Source: Leidyana gryllorum EB-2025a
Lineage: Eukaryota; Protista; Apicomplexa
Direction: 5' to 3'
Assembly: GCA_048772705.1 (NCBI GenBank)
Contig: JBLWGC010000011.1
Location: 1-27,370 of the forward strand
DNA length: 27,370 nucleotides
Positions 8,781 to 17,471 of the stretch are shown here, piece after piece. A model generated the notes under the pieces. It was given only the letters and a program-made list of their open reading frames with translations. It was not told where the DNA came from and made no database searches. Both the position numbers and the translations under genes were made by a program. Positions within the stretch are counted from its first letter, which is position 1; every line of letters begins with the position of its first letter.

Positions 8781-8853
8781 TTCCACTGCCGGGACTTGAA
8801 CCCGGATCGTGCGGGTGAGAGCCGCATATCCTAGCCACTTAGACTACAGTGGA
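8781..8853 (-). tRNA. trnE(CTC): tRNA-Glu(CTC)
   Basis: Matches 5718-5790. Confidence 0.95.
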
Positions 8854-8951
8854 CAAGTGGTCGAGTTTAGGCTTCGGCCGAGAGCCGAACCGACTCGGAA
8901 AGATTCCACCATCAATACGACTGGAATTTGTTACCAAGTCCGAGCTTTCTT

Positions 8952-9018
8952 GCCGCCCCAACTCCGTCGGTAGAGCGCAAGACTTTTGAAGGGAGAACCG
9001 CGGGTTCGGGCGGCCCGA
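8952..9018 (+). pseudogene. tRNA-Lys remnant
   Basis: Inverted copy of 5548-5619. Confidence 0.65.
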
Positions 9019-9085
9019 GCAGTCCTAGTAAAGCTTGCTGAACCGTATGTGAAGCCACTGGCCGCAAAATGCCAAGTTCGACAGC

Positions 9086-9167
9086 GGCAACTTGCCCGAG
9101 TGGTTAACGGGGTAGACTAGAAATCTACTGGGCCGGGCCCGCGCTGGTTCAAATCCAGCAGTTGTCG
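9086..9167 (+). tRNA. trnS(AGA): tRNA-Ser(AGA)
   Basis: Inverted copy of 5404-5485. Confidence 0.88.
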
Positions 9168-9302
9168 TGCGATGTGGTGGAAATGATGCAATTGGCAGCA
9201 TCAAAAACTCATATGGGTCGAGACAGGGAATGCCTCCTTAGCTTAGGGGCAGAACGCTCGCACGGGCGCGAGGGATTTTGACACTAGATGTCACAACCTC
9301 TC

Positions 9303-9375
9303 TGCCTCGGCTGTGGATCGAACACGGGACTTCCAGATCTTCAGTCTGGCGCTCTCCCAACTGAGCTACCGAGGC
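9303..9375 (-). tRNA. trnF(GAA): tRNA-Phe(GAA)
   Basis: Inverted copy of 5196-5268. Confidence 0.88.
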
Positions 9376-9463
9376 ACTAAAAAGTCTTGAAACGCGGTGA
9401 AAATAAGCACTCGTCGCAGCCGCATCTGGGGCCACTCCTCGCGGCATCCCGAGTTCGACAGTT

Positions 9464-9526
9464 GCCAACTTGCCCGAGTGGGAGGGGTGGTGGATTTGAA
9501 TTCTATTGGGCCTGGTCCGCGCGGGT
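9464..9526 (+). pseudogene. tRNA-Ser(TGA) remnant
   Basis: 5' part only, degenerate. Confidence 0.6.
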
Positions 9527-9749
9527 GCATGCTTTGGGCGAGAGCCGTACCATCCTGAAAAGCAGTGGGATGTCAGGTCAACACCAAAATTAGCTTTTCT
9601 GGGAATCGGATCCATTTCTCTTTCCATTCTGACAGGGATACCAGCGCTAGACCAAATAGCCGAATACTTGGATGCATGCAACCGGATATACAGATAGAGG
9701 TTCGAATCTACCGTAGCTTTTCCAGCCTATTCTCGAGGATGATCACCGT

Positions 9750-9833
9750 TGCACAGAATGGCATTCGAACCCATGCAGACTTGCGCCTACCAGAACTTGA
9801 GTCTGGCCCCTTAGACCACTCGGGCATCTGTGC
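9750..9833 (-). tRNA. trnL(CAA): tRNA-Leu(CAA) variant
   Basis: Single B-box/T-stem change versus 6346-6429. Confidence 0.8.
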
Positions 9834-9928
9834 GTTACTTTCTTCCTGAGTTCCTGAGTGTTAATGGCTTCCGTTGCGACGTCGATGTCGTTCTGGGTGC
9901 AGTGTACCGCCCCGGAGTACTCTTACGC

Positions 9929-10007
9929 CCCGAGTTGCTTAGATGGCAACGCACGTGATTGTAGTGGTGGCATCAAATATTCGACGACCAAATTCCGTCC
10001 CGCCGGG
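9929..10007 (+). pseudogene. tRNA-Tyr remnant
   Basis: TGTAG tggtggc ATCA retained. Confidence 0.6.
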
Positions 10008-10107
10008 AGCTGAGGAGTGGACTCCTTACAACGTAGTTCGTCTGACACTGCTGTTCCATTCCATCCTGATCGATGCTTCGCTACCTGTACAGCCTCGCTC
10101 AAAGATT

Positions 10108-10179
10108 GTCCGAGTCGTCTAGTGGTTAGGACAGCACGTTGTGGCCGTGCAAACCCAGGCTCGATTCCTGGCTCGGACA
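10108..10179 (+). tRNA. trnH(GTG): tRNA-His(GTG)
   Basis: Matches the other two His copies. Confidence 0.9.
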
Positions 10180-10254
10180 AGCAGTCCAAAGTGCATTGCT
10201 CTTCGCCCCGGTTGAAAACATTGTTGCAGCCATGGTCAAGTCTGTACGATCGGC

Positions 10255-10313
10255 TGCACCTGCCGGGGCTGTGAGCATGGGAAGCTCGCATCCTACTCTT
10301 GGACCACAAGTGC
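10255..10313 (-). pseudogene. tRNA-Gly(CCC) pseudogene lacking T arm
   Basis: 12-nt deletion versus 2098-2168. Confidence 0.8.
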
Positions 10314-10379
10314 ACTCGAGAGAGAGCTTCAGCACCCCGAGACTCGGCGGCAGTCTGCGTTGAGCTAGTGGGTGCCTCA

Positions 10380-10451
10380 GGTACTGGCAGGTTCCAGTCT
10401 GCGACTTTGTGGCTAAGAGACTTACCCTCTGGTGGCTGAGCTACGAGGACC
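10380..10451 (-). pseudogene. tRNA-Asn remnant
   Basis: Inverted copy of 1960-2032. Confidence 0.6.
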
Positions 10452-10469
10452 GAGTGCCGATACAACGGC

Positions 10470-10511
10470 TGACAAGAGTGGCATTCGAACCCACCACTCG
10501 GCCATCTTGCC
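10470..10511 (-). pseudogene. Internally deleted tRNA-Leu (42 nt)
   Basis: 5' end/A box joined directly to T arm and acceptor. Confidence 0.8.
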
Positions 10512-10604
10512 GGAGTGTTCTTGGCTCGCCACTTTACACGTTTTCTGTTCGTGAAGTCTGGGGAAGGGAGGACTTTTGGGTTGGAGGCCGGCGTATTCAG
10601 AGCG

Positions 10605-10676
10605 GCCGAAATAGTCTAGTGGTTAGTATTTCCGCCTGTCACGCGGAAGACCCGGGTTCGATTCCCGGTCTCGGAG
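10605..10676 (+). pseudogene. tRNA-Asp(GTC) variant
   Basis: Acceptor mismatches; rest intact. Confidence 0.75.
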
Positions 10677-10728
10677 ATAGATAGTCTTCCGCTCTAGATT
10701 GCGTGGTGCTCACCTGAACGATGCGTGT

Positions 10729-10798
10729 TACAGCGACCGAGGATTGAACTCGGGACCTTCTGCGTGTTAAGCAGACGTCGTGACCACTAGATGGCTGC
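10729..10798 (-). pseudogene. tRNA-Val(AAC) pseudogene
   Basis: 3-nt deletion near A box. Confidence 0.8.
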
Positions 10799-10940
10799 AC
10801 GGAGCTTCCGGACTGCGAAAGGAGCGTGTGTCTCTGGAACCACGTATCCGATGAGCCTGGTTTTTATGTATCGGCTTAAGTTGGACGGCCTGGAGTAGTT
10901 TTAAGACCCTTCGCTTTGTATTCAGGAATGGAGATGTCAC

Positions 10941-11011
10941 GCATCTGTGGTTTAGTGGTAGACTGTGTCGTTGCCACCGAGACGACCCAGGTTCGATTCC
11001 CGGCAGATGCA
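10941..11011 (+). pseudogene. tRNA-Gly(GCC) variant
   Basis: Several substitutions versus 7697-7767. Confidence 0.75.
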
Positions 11012-11093
11012 GAGAAGATGGCAGATGGTTGATTGAGGCACCATTCTGGGGTTTCAGGAGTGAGTTGTTGTCTGCCCCTCCAATCACATCGAA

Positions 11094-11175
11094 CGACAAC
11101 TGCTGGATTTGAACCAGCGCGGGCCAGGCCCAGTAGATTTCAAGTCTACCCCCTTAACCACTCGGGCAAGTTGCC
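11094..11175 (-). tRNA. trnS(TGA): tRNA-Ser(TGA)
   Basis: GTAGA-CT TGA AA-TCTAC; intact. Confidence 0.93.
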
Positions 11176-11370
11176 AACTGTCGAATTCGACATGCCGCGA
11201 GGAGTGACCAAATGCCCCCATGTTCAGCCTGTCCTGCGGCATTGATGGGTGTCTAAACTGACCTCTCGCGTGCCAAGTCACCGCTCTACCACTTGAGATA
11301 GCCGCCCACTCGCCAAACCTAGGTGAACTTCCCGGTTCTGTCCCACTCAAAAGTCGGATGCGTCCCGAAT

Positions 11371-11443
11371 GCGGTTGTGGCGCAATGGACAGCGCGTTGC
11401 CCTCCTAAGGCAAAGGTTGAGGGTTCGAGTCCCTCTAGCCGTT
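11371..11443 (+). tRNA. trnR(CCT): tRNA-Arg(CCT)
   Basis: TTGCC-CT CCT AA-GGCAA. Confidence 0.9.
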
Positions 11444-11559
11444 TCCTGCGTGCCTTCGTTTGTGCAAAGTGGAGCACAAACAGGTGAAAGTGATCGATGC
11501 AGTTGGGAGATTGGTCATACCATGTAAAAAAGAAATGGATGTACTGGGGTTTGCTAAAT

Positions 11560-11633
11560 GGGCGACTAGCTCAAATGGTAGCTCGCTACGCTTAGCATGC
11601 GAGAGGTACTGGGCATCGATCCCAGTTCGTCCA
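11560..11633 (+). pseudogene. tRNA-Ala(AGC) pseudogene with inverted T-loop
   Basis: CTGGG CATCGAT CCCAG versus normal CTGGG ATCGATG CCCAG. Confidence 0.8.
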
Positions 11634-11738
11634 AAGTACGTACGGCTGCACGTGCCGGGATCTCACCATCTTTGAAGGGTCGCAGACCACAATTGCCATT
11701 GCGAGCAGCGCAGTCAGTGTCTAGCGTGCCTCTGAAAG

Positions 11739-11811
11739 CGCTCCTGGCAGGTTCCGAGCCTGCGACTTTGCCGTTAACAGCCACACCCTCTGCCGCCTGA
11801 GCTACAAGACC
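11739..11811 (-). pseudogene. tRNA-Asn(GTT) pseudogene
   Basis: CT GTT AA loop kept; stems damaged. Confidence 0.75.
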
Positions 11812-11906
11812 CCTTACAATGTTTCAGAAGTTAGTAGAGAGACCCTCCTCTTCCTACAACAGTTCGCACGGGGTGCCCGAGGGAAGGTGTAATCAGTTAC
11901 AGTCGC

Positions 11907-11988
11907 GGCAAGGTGGCCGAGCGGTTAAGGCGGCGGCCTGCTAAGCCGTTGGGTTTTACCCGCGTGAATTCGAATCTCACCCTTGTCG
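11907..11988 (+). tRNA. trnS(GCT): tRNA-Ser(GCT) variant
   Basis: G53>A in B box. Confidence 0.75.
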
Positions 11989-12101
11989 GTAGCATTCGGG
12001 GAGAGCGCAACTGCTTCAATGATTGAAGTGAGCTTTCTGCCCGACTCGAACTCGCTCCACGCTGGACGGTCTACCAAGTCAATTGTACTGTCTGATGCAC
12101 C

Positions 12102-12173
12102 GGCTGTTTGGTCTAGTGGTATGATTCTTCCTTCGGGTGGAAGAAGTCCTGAGTTCGATTCCCAGAACAGCGC
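12102..12173 (+). tRNA. trnP(CGG): tRNA-Pro(CGG) variant
   Basis: Two stem mismatches. Confidence 0.75.
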
Positions 12174-12253
12174 GCTTTGTTGTTGGCTGACTCGGCAAAA
12201 CACGTCATCTCAAGATGGCACGGCTCTCCCCAAAGCTTCAACTCGGGCACTTG

Positions 12254-12319
12254 TCCACTGTAGTCTAAGTGGCTAGGAATTTCCGCTGCACGATCCGGGT
12301 TCAAGTCTCGGCAGTGGAA
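12254..12319 (+). pseudogene. tRNA-Glu pseudogene, anticodon arm disrupted
   Basis: Glu 5' and 3' ends intact, centre shortened and replaced. Confidence 0.8.
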
Positions 12320-12378
12320 ATCCAGCTGAGTGTGCTTGTGGGCAACAGTTCCATTCTTACTTTTAGGAGATAGATCCA

Positions 12379-12451
12379 CACCGCCCGCCGGGCTCGAACC
12401 CGCGACTGCAAGATTAAGAGCCTTGCGCTCTACCGACTGAGCTAGGGGGGC
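12379..12451 (-). tRNA. trnK(CTT): tRNA-Lys(CTT) variant
   Basis: CAAGG-CT CTT AA-TCTTG; two stem mismatches. Confidence 0.8.
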
Positions 12452-12684
12452 AAGAAAGCAAGGACACAAAGCCCGATAGCCTGACAACTAAAGTGGCTTT
12501 GGTACCCACCAGCCTCAGCAAGTTGTGGCCGTGCATACCCAGGCCCGAATCCTGGATTGGATAGTATGTCCCCGATGTCTCGAATGGGAGATGTGGGTGA
12601 AGTCTGTCCAGACCCGCCATCGGGCGTAGCTGCCCATGTCCTGTCTTGATCGCTACACACTTCCATTTGACGGCTCCGCTAGTC

Positions 12685-12757
12685 GGCGCTATGGCCTAAT
12701 GGATATGGAATCGGTCTACGGAACCGGGGATTCTGGGTTCGAGTCCCAGTAGCGTCA
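12685..12757 (+). tRNA. trnR(ACG): tRNA-Arg(ACG), D-stem variant
   Basis: TCGGT-CT ACG GA-ACCGG. Confidence 0.8.
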
Positions 12758-12890
12758 GGGCGAGCGCTCGGGTTCCAGCCCCTCACAATTGCTGCAACTC
12801 AGTTTTTGTCTCAGCTGGCTGTCCTTGTTGTGGACAGCATCCCCGTGCACCCTTTTGACAGGAGGAGATACATCGAGAGAAGTTCCAGTG

Positions 12891-12963
12891 GGGAGTGTAG
12901 CGCAGTCGGTAGCGCGTAGGTCTCATAATCCTGAAGTCGAGAGTTCGATCCTCTCCACTCCCA
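12891..12963 (+). tRNA. trnM(CAT): elongator tRNA-Met(CAT)
   Basis: Intact. Confidence 0.94.
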
Positions 12964-13123
12964 CGGTTGGAATCGGAACCACGGGTTATCTCGATGGGAG
13001 CGAGAGACTCTTCCACACCACAGATGCGTAACACCTTGTTGTTGGAGCTCGTACACAATAACGGCCGTTTTGCTTCGAATGAGAAGACAGGGTCAAGTTG
13101 AGCGAGTATGAGAGGCAGCTCGT

Positions 13124-13195
13124 GGGTACGTAACTCAGTGGTAGAGCAGTTGACTGCAGATCAGCAAGTCCGTGGTTCAAATTCGCGCGTGTCGT
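13124..13195 (+). tRNA. trnC(GCA): tRNA-Cys(GCA) variant, possibly pseudogene
   Basis: GTTGA-CT GCA GA-TCAGC; D-stem and acceptor mismatches. Confidence 0.7.
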
Positions 13196-13312
13196 GAAGT
13201 TGAGATGAAACGCTGGAAGATGTTAAACCAACATTCCTGACCACAAAGGGTTGCAGAATCCTGCGCTAGAAAGAGGAGGGTCTCTATATTATCCTCTGAA
13301 ACATTGTAGCTG

Positions 13313-13385
13313 GGTCTTGTAGCTCAGTCGGCATAGCGTGTGGCTGTTAACCACAAAGTCGCAGATTCGAAACCTGCGAGGACCG
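13313..13385 (+). tRNA. trnN(GTT): tRNA-Asn(GTT) variant
   Basis: TGTGG-CT GTT AA-CCACA; G53>A. Confidence 0.75.
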
Positions 13386-13512
13386 CTTTCAGAGGCACCC
13401 TAAACATTGACTGCGCTGCTCTCCCAATGGCACTTGTGGTCTGCGACCGCTTTCAGAGGCACCCTAAACATTGACTGCGCTGCTCTCCCAATGGCACTTG
13501 TGGTCTGCGACC
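13381..13512. repeat. Perfect 64-bp tandem duplication
   Basis: 13381-13444 equals 13445-13508, followed by GACC. Confidence 0.9.
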
Positions 13513-13564
13513 CTTCAAAGATGTAAGGTGGTTTGGATCCCGCCACGTGCAGCCGTACGTACTT

Positions 13565-13637
13565 TGGACGACCTGGGCATCGATCCCAGTACCTCTCGCA
13601 TGCTAAGCGAGCGCTCTACCATTTGAGCTGGTCGCCC
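13565..13637 (-). tRNA. trnA(AGC): tRNA-Ala(AGC), T8>C variant
   Basis: One change versus 8073-8145. Confidence 0.82.
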
Positions 13638-13701
13638 ATTCTGCAAACCCCAGTACATCCAGTTCTTTTTACATGGTATGACCAATCTCCTGCTCCACTT
13701 T

Positions 13702-13736
13702 GCACGCAGGAAGGCACGCAGGAAGGCACGCAGGAA
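13702..13736. repeat. 12-bp tandem repeat, 3 copies (GCACGCAGGAAG)
   Basis: Direct reading; paralogous site near 11444 has one unit. Confidence 0.9.
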
Positions 13737-13808
13737 ACGGCTGGAGGGACTCGAACCCTCAACCTTTGCCTTAGGAGGGCAACGCGCTATCCATTGCGCG
13801 ACAACCGC
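13736..13808 (-). tRNA. trnR(CCT): tRNA-Arg(CCT)
   Basis: Inverted paralog of 11371-11443. Confidence 0.85.
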
Positions 13809-13908
13809 ATTCGGGACGCATCCGACTTTTGAGTTGGACGAAAGCGGGCTGCCCCGAGGTGTCTCCTCTTTCACCCAACCAGTATCCAGATAACCGAAGC
13901 CTATCCAT

Positions 13909-13981
13909 GGTACGGTGGCCTAATGGATAGGGCATCGGTCTTCGGAACCGGGAGTTGTGGGTTCGAGTCCCATCCGCATCA
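13909..13981 (+). tRNA. trnR(TCG): tRNA-Arg(TCG)
   Basis: TCGGT-CT TCG GA-ACCGG; one acceptor mismatch. Confidence 0.85.
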
Positions 13982-14188
13982 TAGCCTCTCACTCGGAAGA
14001 CGTTCAGTTTCGACCGAGGCAAGCTTGCTAGCTGTATGGGGAGCCACTGCCGCGCATGTCGAGTTGAAGTGCTAGTGATATGATTTTCCTTCGCTTGTGG
14101 GAGTGCTCGATTCGATCCCCGTAGGTTGCAGACAGCTGGAAGTAGAAATTGCCCGAGTCTCTCGGGGTGCTGCAGATCTTTCGCAATT

Positions 14189-14259
14189 GCACTTGTGGTC
14201 TAAGGGTAAGATGCGACCCTTCCAAGGTCGTAACCCGAGTTCGAGTCCCGGCAGGTGCA
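14189..14259 (+). tRNA. trnG(TCC): tRNA-Gly(TCC)
   Basis: CGACC-CT TCC AA-GGTCG; one T-stem mismatch. Confidence 0.85.
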
Positions 14260-14329
14260 GCTGTATGTAGGTCGAACGACCTGTATATCAGTGAAGTGAG
14301 GGGACTGAGTGCCAATACAATACAACGGC

Positions 14330-14409
14330 TGACAAGAGTGGGATTCGAACCCACGCCCTTTCGGACTGCGGCCTGAACACAGCGCCTTAGACCACTCGGC
14401 CATCTTGCC
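14330..14409 (-). tRNA. trnL(CAG): tRNA-Leu(CAG)
   Basis: Intact. Confidence 0.94.
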
Positions 14410-14561
14410 GGAGCGTTCGCCACTTTACAGGTTTTCTGTCCGTGAAGTTCTCGAGAAGGAAGACTTTTAGGGTTGGAGACGCGGAAGACGCGGGTTTGAT
14501 GCCCTGTTTTGGAGAGAGCCTGTTTCCTCGCTTTGGTGGGACTCACTTCAAAGATTCGAGC

Positions 14562-14634
14562 TACAGCCACCGAGGATCGAACTCGGGACCTTCTGCGTGT
14601 TAAGCAGACGTCGTAACCACTAGACCATGGCTGC
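14562..14634 (-). tRNA. trnV(AAC): tRNA-Val(AAC)
   Basis: Intact. Confidence 0.94.
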
Positions 14635-14698
14635 ATGGATGGTCCCCGCAGCCCAAGAGAAGTGGCGAAGCTTCAGGGAGTAGTGAGGACCAGTTCAA

Positions 14699-14769
14699 GG
14701 GTCGCGCCGGGATCGAACCCAGGTCGGAAGATTCAGAGTCTCCAGTGCTAACCACTACACCACGCAACC
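14699..14769 (-). tRNA. trnQ(CTG): tRNA-Gln(CTG) variant
   Basis: T-loop 1 nt short. Confidence 0.72.
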
Positions 14770-15045
14770 CAATCACTCCTTCACAAAAAAGAGTTGGTAG
14801 AGCATTCGGACTAGCCCTCAACTGGACACATGCAACACGCATCTCTACTAACCTCTGAGATATTGGAACTGGCTCTTGTACTTTAGTCGGCAGAGCGTGT
14901 GGTTGTAAAATACAAACTCGGAGATCCGGTCTCTGAGGCAACCTTCACACATACTGGGGTGCCCAAGTCTATCTAAGGGCTACAAGGCACCCTCAAAGCT
15001 CTCAACTCTGTAATCAAATAGCGCCAGTTGCAGCACTACAAACTT

Positions 15046-15118
15046 TTGACGACCTGGGCATTGATCCCAGTACCTCTTGCACGCTACGCGAGCGCTTCAC
15101 CATTTGAGCTAGTCCCCC
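15046..15118 (-). pseudogene. tRNA-Ala(AGC) pseudogene
   Basis: Multiple substitutions. Confidence 0.75.
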
Positions 15119-15207
15119 GCTGTGCAAGCCCCGTCGCTTTTTGTTGATTCTCAACATAGTATGACCACTCTCGCGACTGTGCTCACCGGGTTGCACGACC
15201 GACAGGC

Positions 15208-15279
15208 GGCTGTTTGGTCTAGTGGTCTGATTCTCCGTTCGGGTGGAAGAAGTTCTGGGTTCGATTCCCAGAACAGCCC
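15208..15279 (+). pseudogene. tRNA-Pro(CGG) variant
   Basis: Anticodon-stem mismatches. Confidence 0.75.
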
Positions 15280-15341
15280 TATTGGTCGTCAGTGGATCCG
15301 ACGGGACAAGTTGCCCCCAGAACCAACACAGCCACCTCGTT

Positions 15342-15395
15342 GGCCAGGCCCAGTAGATTTCTAGTCTACCCCCTTGAACACTCGGGCAAGTTGCC
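15342..15395 (-). pseudogene. tRNA-Ser(AGA) 5' fragment
   Basis: Truncated in variable arm at a block junction. Confidence 0.75.
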
Positions 15396-15630
15396 ACCTG
15401 TCGAACTCGGCATTTAGCGGCCAGTGGCTTCACATACGGTTCAGCAAGCTTGACTCGGACTGCTGGCGGTGCCCGAACCCCCGGTCTCTCCATTGAAAGT
15501 CTGGCGCTCTACCGACGGAGCTGGCGCGGCAGGGAAGTGAGGACTTTATAACACGTACCTTTCGTATTGGTCGCAGAATGTTGGGGGTTGCTGGAGTCCA
15601 GGGCGACTCTTTATCGAAGATCCACTCACT

Positions 15631-15704
15631 TGGTCACGCCCGGGCTCGAACCGGGGACCTTGAGCTTATTAGGCTCACGCTCTGACCGACTGAGCTACGC
15701 GACC
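15631..15704 (-). tRNA. trnI(AAT): tRNA-Ile(AAT)
   Basis: TGAGC-CT AAT AA-GCTCA; intact 74 nt. Confidence 0.95.
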
Positions 15705-15848
15705 ACTTCTGCCACGACAGATGGCACCGACCCGGATGCTGGATCCCACCTCAGCTGCTCAAACATCTCAGACACTAGCGGACAGCTGGAATCCACTCTT
15801 CTCAGGTGGCGCCCCGTACGAGTTAGTCGGCGCTTCCGATGCCGACCG

Positions 15849-15921
15849 TGGGAGTGGGGAGGATTGAACTCTCGACTTCAGGATTATGAGACCTAGGCGC
15901 TACCGACTGCGCTACACTCCC
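15849..15921 (-). pseudogene. elongator tRNA-Met variant
   Basis: Three substitutions versus 8382-8454. Confidence 0.7.
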
Positions 15922-16257
15922 TCGTGAAACTTCTCTCGATGCATCTCTTCCTGTCAAAAGGGTGCAGAGGGATGCTCCATCAACAACACACCCGCCCAGT
16001 TGGGCCGGCGCTTGACCGCGAACTTGGAACTTATCAGGCTCACCCTTTAAGTGACCGAAAATAGGCAGAGTTGAGGTAAACACTCACTGGACCAACTAGC
16101 CGACTGATGTGCTCCGCAAAACCACCACGATTGGCCTTCCTCCACCCCGCCAAACAGTCATTCCAGAGCCAAATACTGACATTTAGAATGGGCTATACCC
16201 ACATCACTAACAGTTTGCACGGGATTCCCGACGAAAGGTATGATCAATTACACTCTT

Positions 16258-16339
16258 GGCAAGGTGGCCGAGTGGTTAAGGCGGCGGCCTGCTAAGCCGT
16301 TGGGTTTCACCCGCGTGAGTTCGAATCTCACCCTTGTCG
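16258..16339 (+). tRNA. trnS(GCT): tRNA-Ser(GCT)
   Basis: Intact. Confidence 0.95.
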
Positions 16340-16524
16340 GTAGCATTCGCGGAGAGCGTGCTTCAATGATTGTCCGACTCAAATAGAACGCTCTACGCTG
16401 GGCGCTATATACAGGAGCCAATTGATTATTTCAGCGGTCAGTAGAGAGACTCGTGTTGTGTGTGTTCATTTGAGAAAGGGCTAGTCCGGATAGTTCTACC
16501 GACTCTTCAGGGATGGGCTGAAGC

Positions 16525-16595
16525 GGTTGCGTGGTGAGTGGTTAGCACTGGAGACTCTGAATCTCCCGACCTGGGTTCGATTTCCGGCGCGACCT
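16525..16595 (+). pseudogene. tRNA-Gln(CTG) variant
   Basis: 1-nt D-arm deletion shared with 23182-23252. Confidence 0.75.
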
Positions 16596-16659
16596 TGGAA
16601 CTGGTCTTCACTGCTCCGTAAAACTTCGCCACTCCTCTTGGGCTGCGGGGCCCATTCAT

Positions 16660-16733
16660 GCAGTCAACGGTTTAGTGGTTACGACGTCTGCTCAACACCC
16701 AAAAGGTCCCGAGTTCGGTCCTCGGTGGCTGTA
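16660..16733 (+). pseudogene. tRNA-Val pseudogene
   Basis: Lesions shared with 23044-23117. Confidence 0.8.
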
Positions 16734-16788
16734 GCTCGCGACGTTCAGCGAGAACTAAAAGAGAGAATCTTCAGCGAAGCCATCTGTG

Positions 16789-16860
16789 CCCCGAGACCGG
16801 GAATCGAACCAGGGTATGCCGCGTGACAGGCGGAAATACTAACCGCTTTACTATCTCGGA
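16789..16860 (-). pseudogene. tRNA-Asp(GTC) pseudogene
   Basis: Multiple substitutions. Confidence 0.8.
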
Positions 16861-16955
16861 CGCTCGTGAATACCCCGGCCTCCAACCCCGGAAGACCTTC
16901 CATTTTGAGATTCCAAGTACAGGAAACGCGTGGAAGGGCGAGCCAACAACATTCC

Positions 16956-17035
16956 GGAAGGGTGGCCTAGTGGTCTCAAACGCTGTGTTCAGGCCGCAGT
17001 CCGAAAGGGCGTGGGTTCGAATCCCACTCTTGTCA
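16956..17035 (+). pseudogene. tRNA-Leu(CAG) pseudogene
   Basis: Inverted copy of 3099-3178. Confidence 0.8.
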
Positions 17036-17145
17036 GCCGTTGTAGTCAGGACAACCTGCGACTGGATCCCAGCACTGCCCGCCGTGCACGTAGCATCCGG
17101 CTAACTTTCGTCGATACAACTGACACATGATTCTCCAGCTAAGTT

Positions 17146-17217
17146 GCCTTCTTAGCTTAGGGGCAGAGCGTTCGCTTCGTAAGCGAGAAGTCGCCGGTTC
17201 GATTCCGGCAGAAGGCT
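17146..17217 (+). tRNA. trnT(CGT): tRNA-Thr(CGT)
   Basis: Intact. Confidence 0.93.
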
Positions 17218-17283
17218 TTGATGCATCGATAGGCTTATAAGGAATGGCTGTCACCACGTACAAGATTCACAAGATCGTGTTCT

Positions 17284-17353
17284 GCATCTGTGGTCTAGTG
17301 CAAGAGTCGCTCGCTGCCATCGAGATAACCCGTGTGGGATTCCCGACGGATGG
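17284..17353 (+). pseudogene. tRNA-Gly(GCC) pseudogene
   Basis: Same lineage as 2781-2850. Confidence 0.7.
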
Positions 17354-17398
17354 AAAATGATAGCATGATGAGTTTGTCGGCGGTTCCGATTCCGACCG

Positions 17399-17471
17399 TG
17401 GGAGTGGAGAGGATTGAACTCTCGACTTCAGGATTATGAGACCTACGCGCTACCGACTGCGCTACACTCCC
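17399..17471 (-). tRNA. trnM(CAT): elongator tRNA-Met(CAT)
   Basis: Only a G57>A change. Confidence 0.9.

Larger units (their letters stand above)
8055..9255. repeat. Direct duplication, partner about 21494-22690
   Basis: Same order Ala-Pro-Met-Gly-Thr-Glu-Lys-Ser-Thr with homologous spacers. Confidence 0.85.
11345..11850. repeat. Inverted duplication arm, partner about 13270-13835
   Basis: Arg(CCT)-Ala-Asn block. Confidence 0.85.
16440..16880. repeat. Inverted duplication arm, partner about 22895-23340
   Basis: Gln-Val-Asp pseudogene block with shared lesions. Confidence 0.88.

Noticed and set aside
10800-10940. Non-tRNA unique stretch as possible 5S, snRNA or SL RNA (also 15705-15830)
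   Set aside because: I could not recognise 5S, U6, SRP or spliced-leader motifs by eye. An Rfam scan would be needed.
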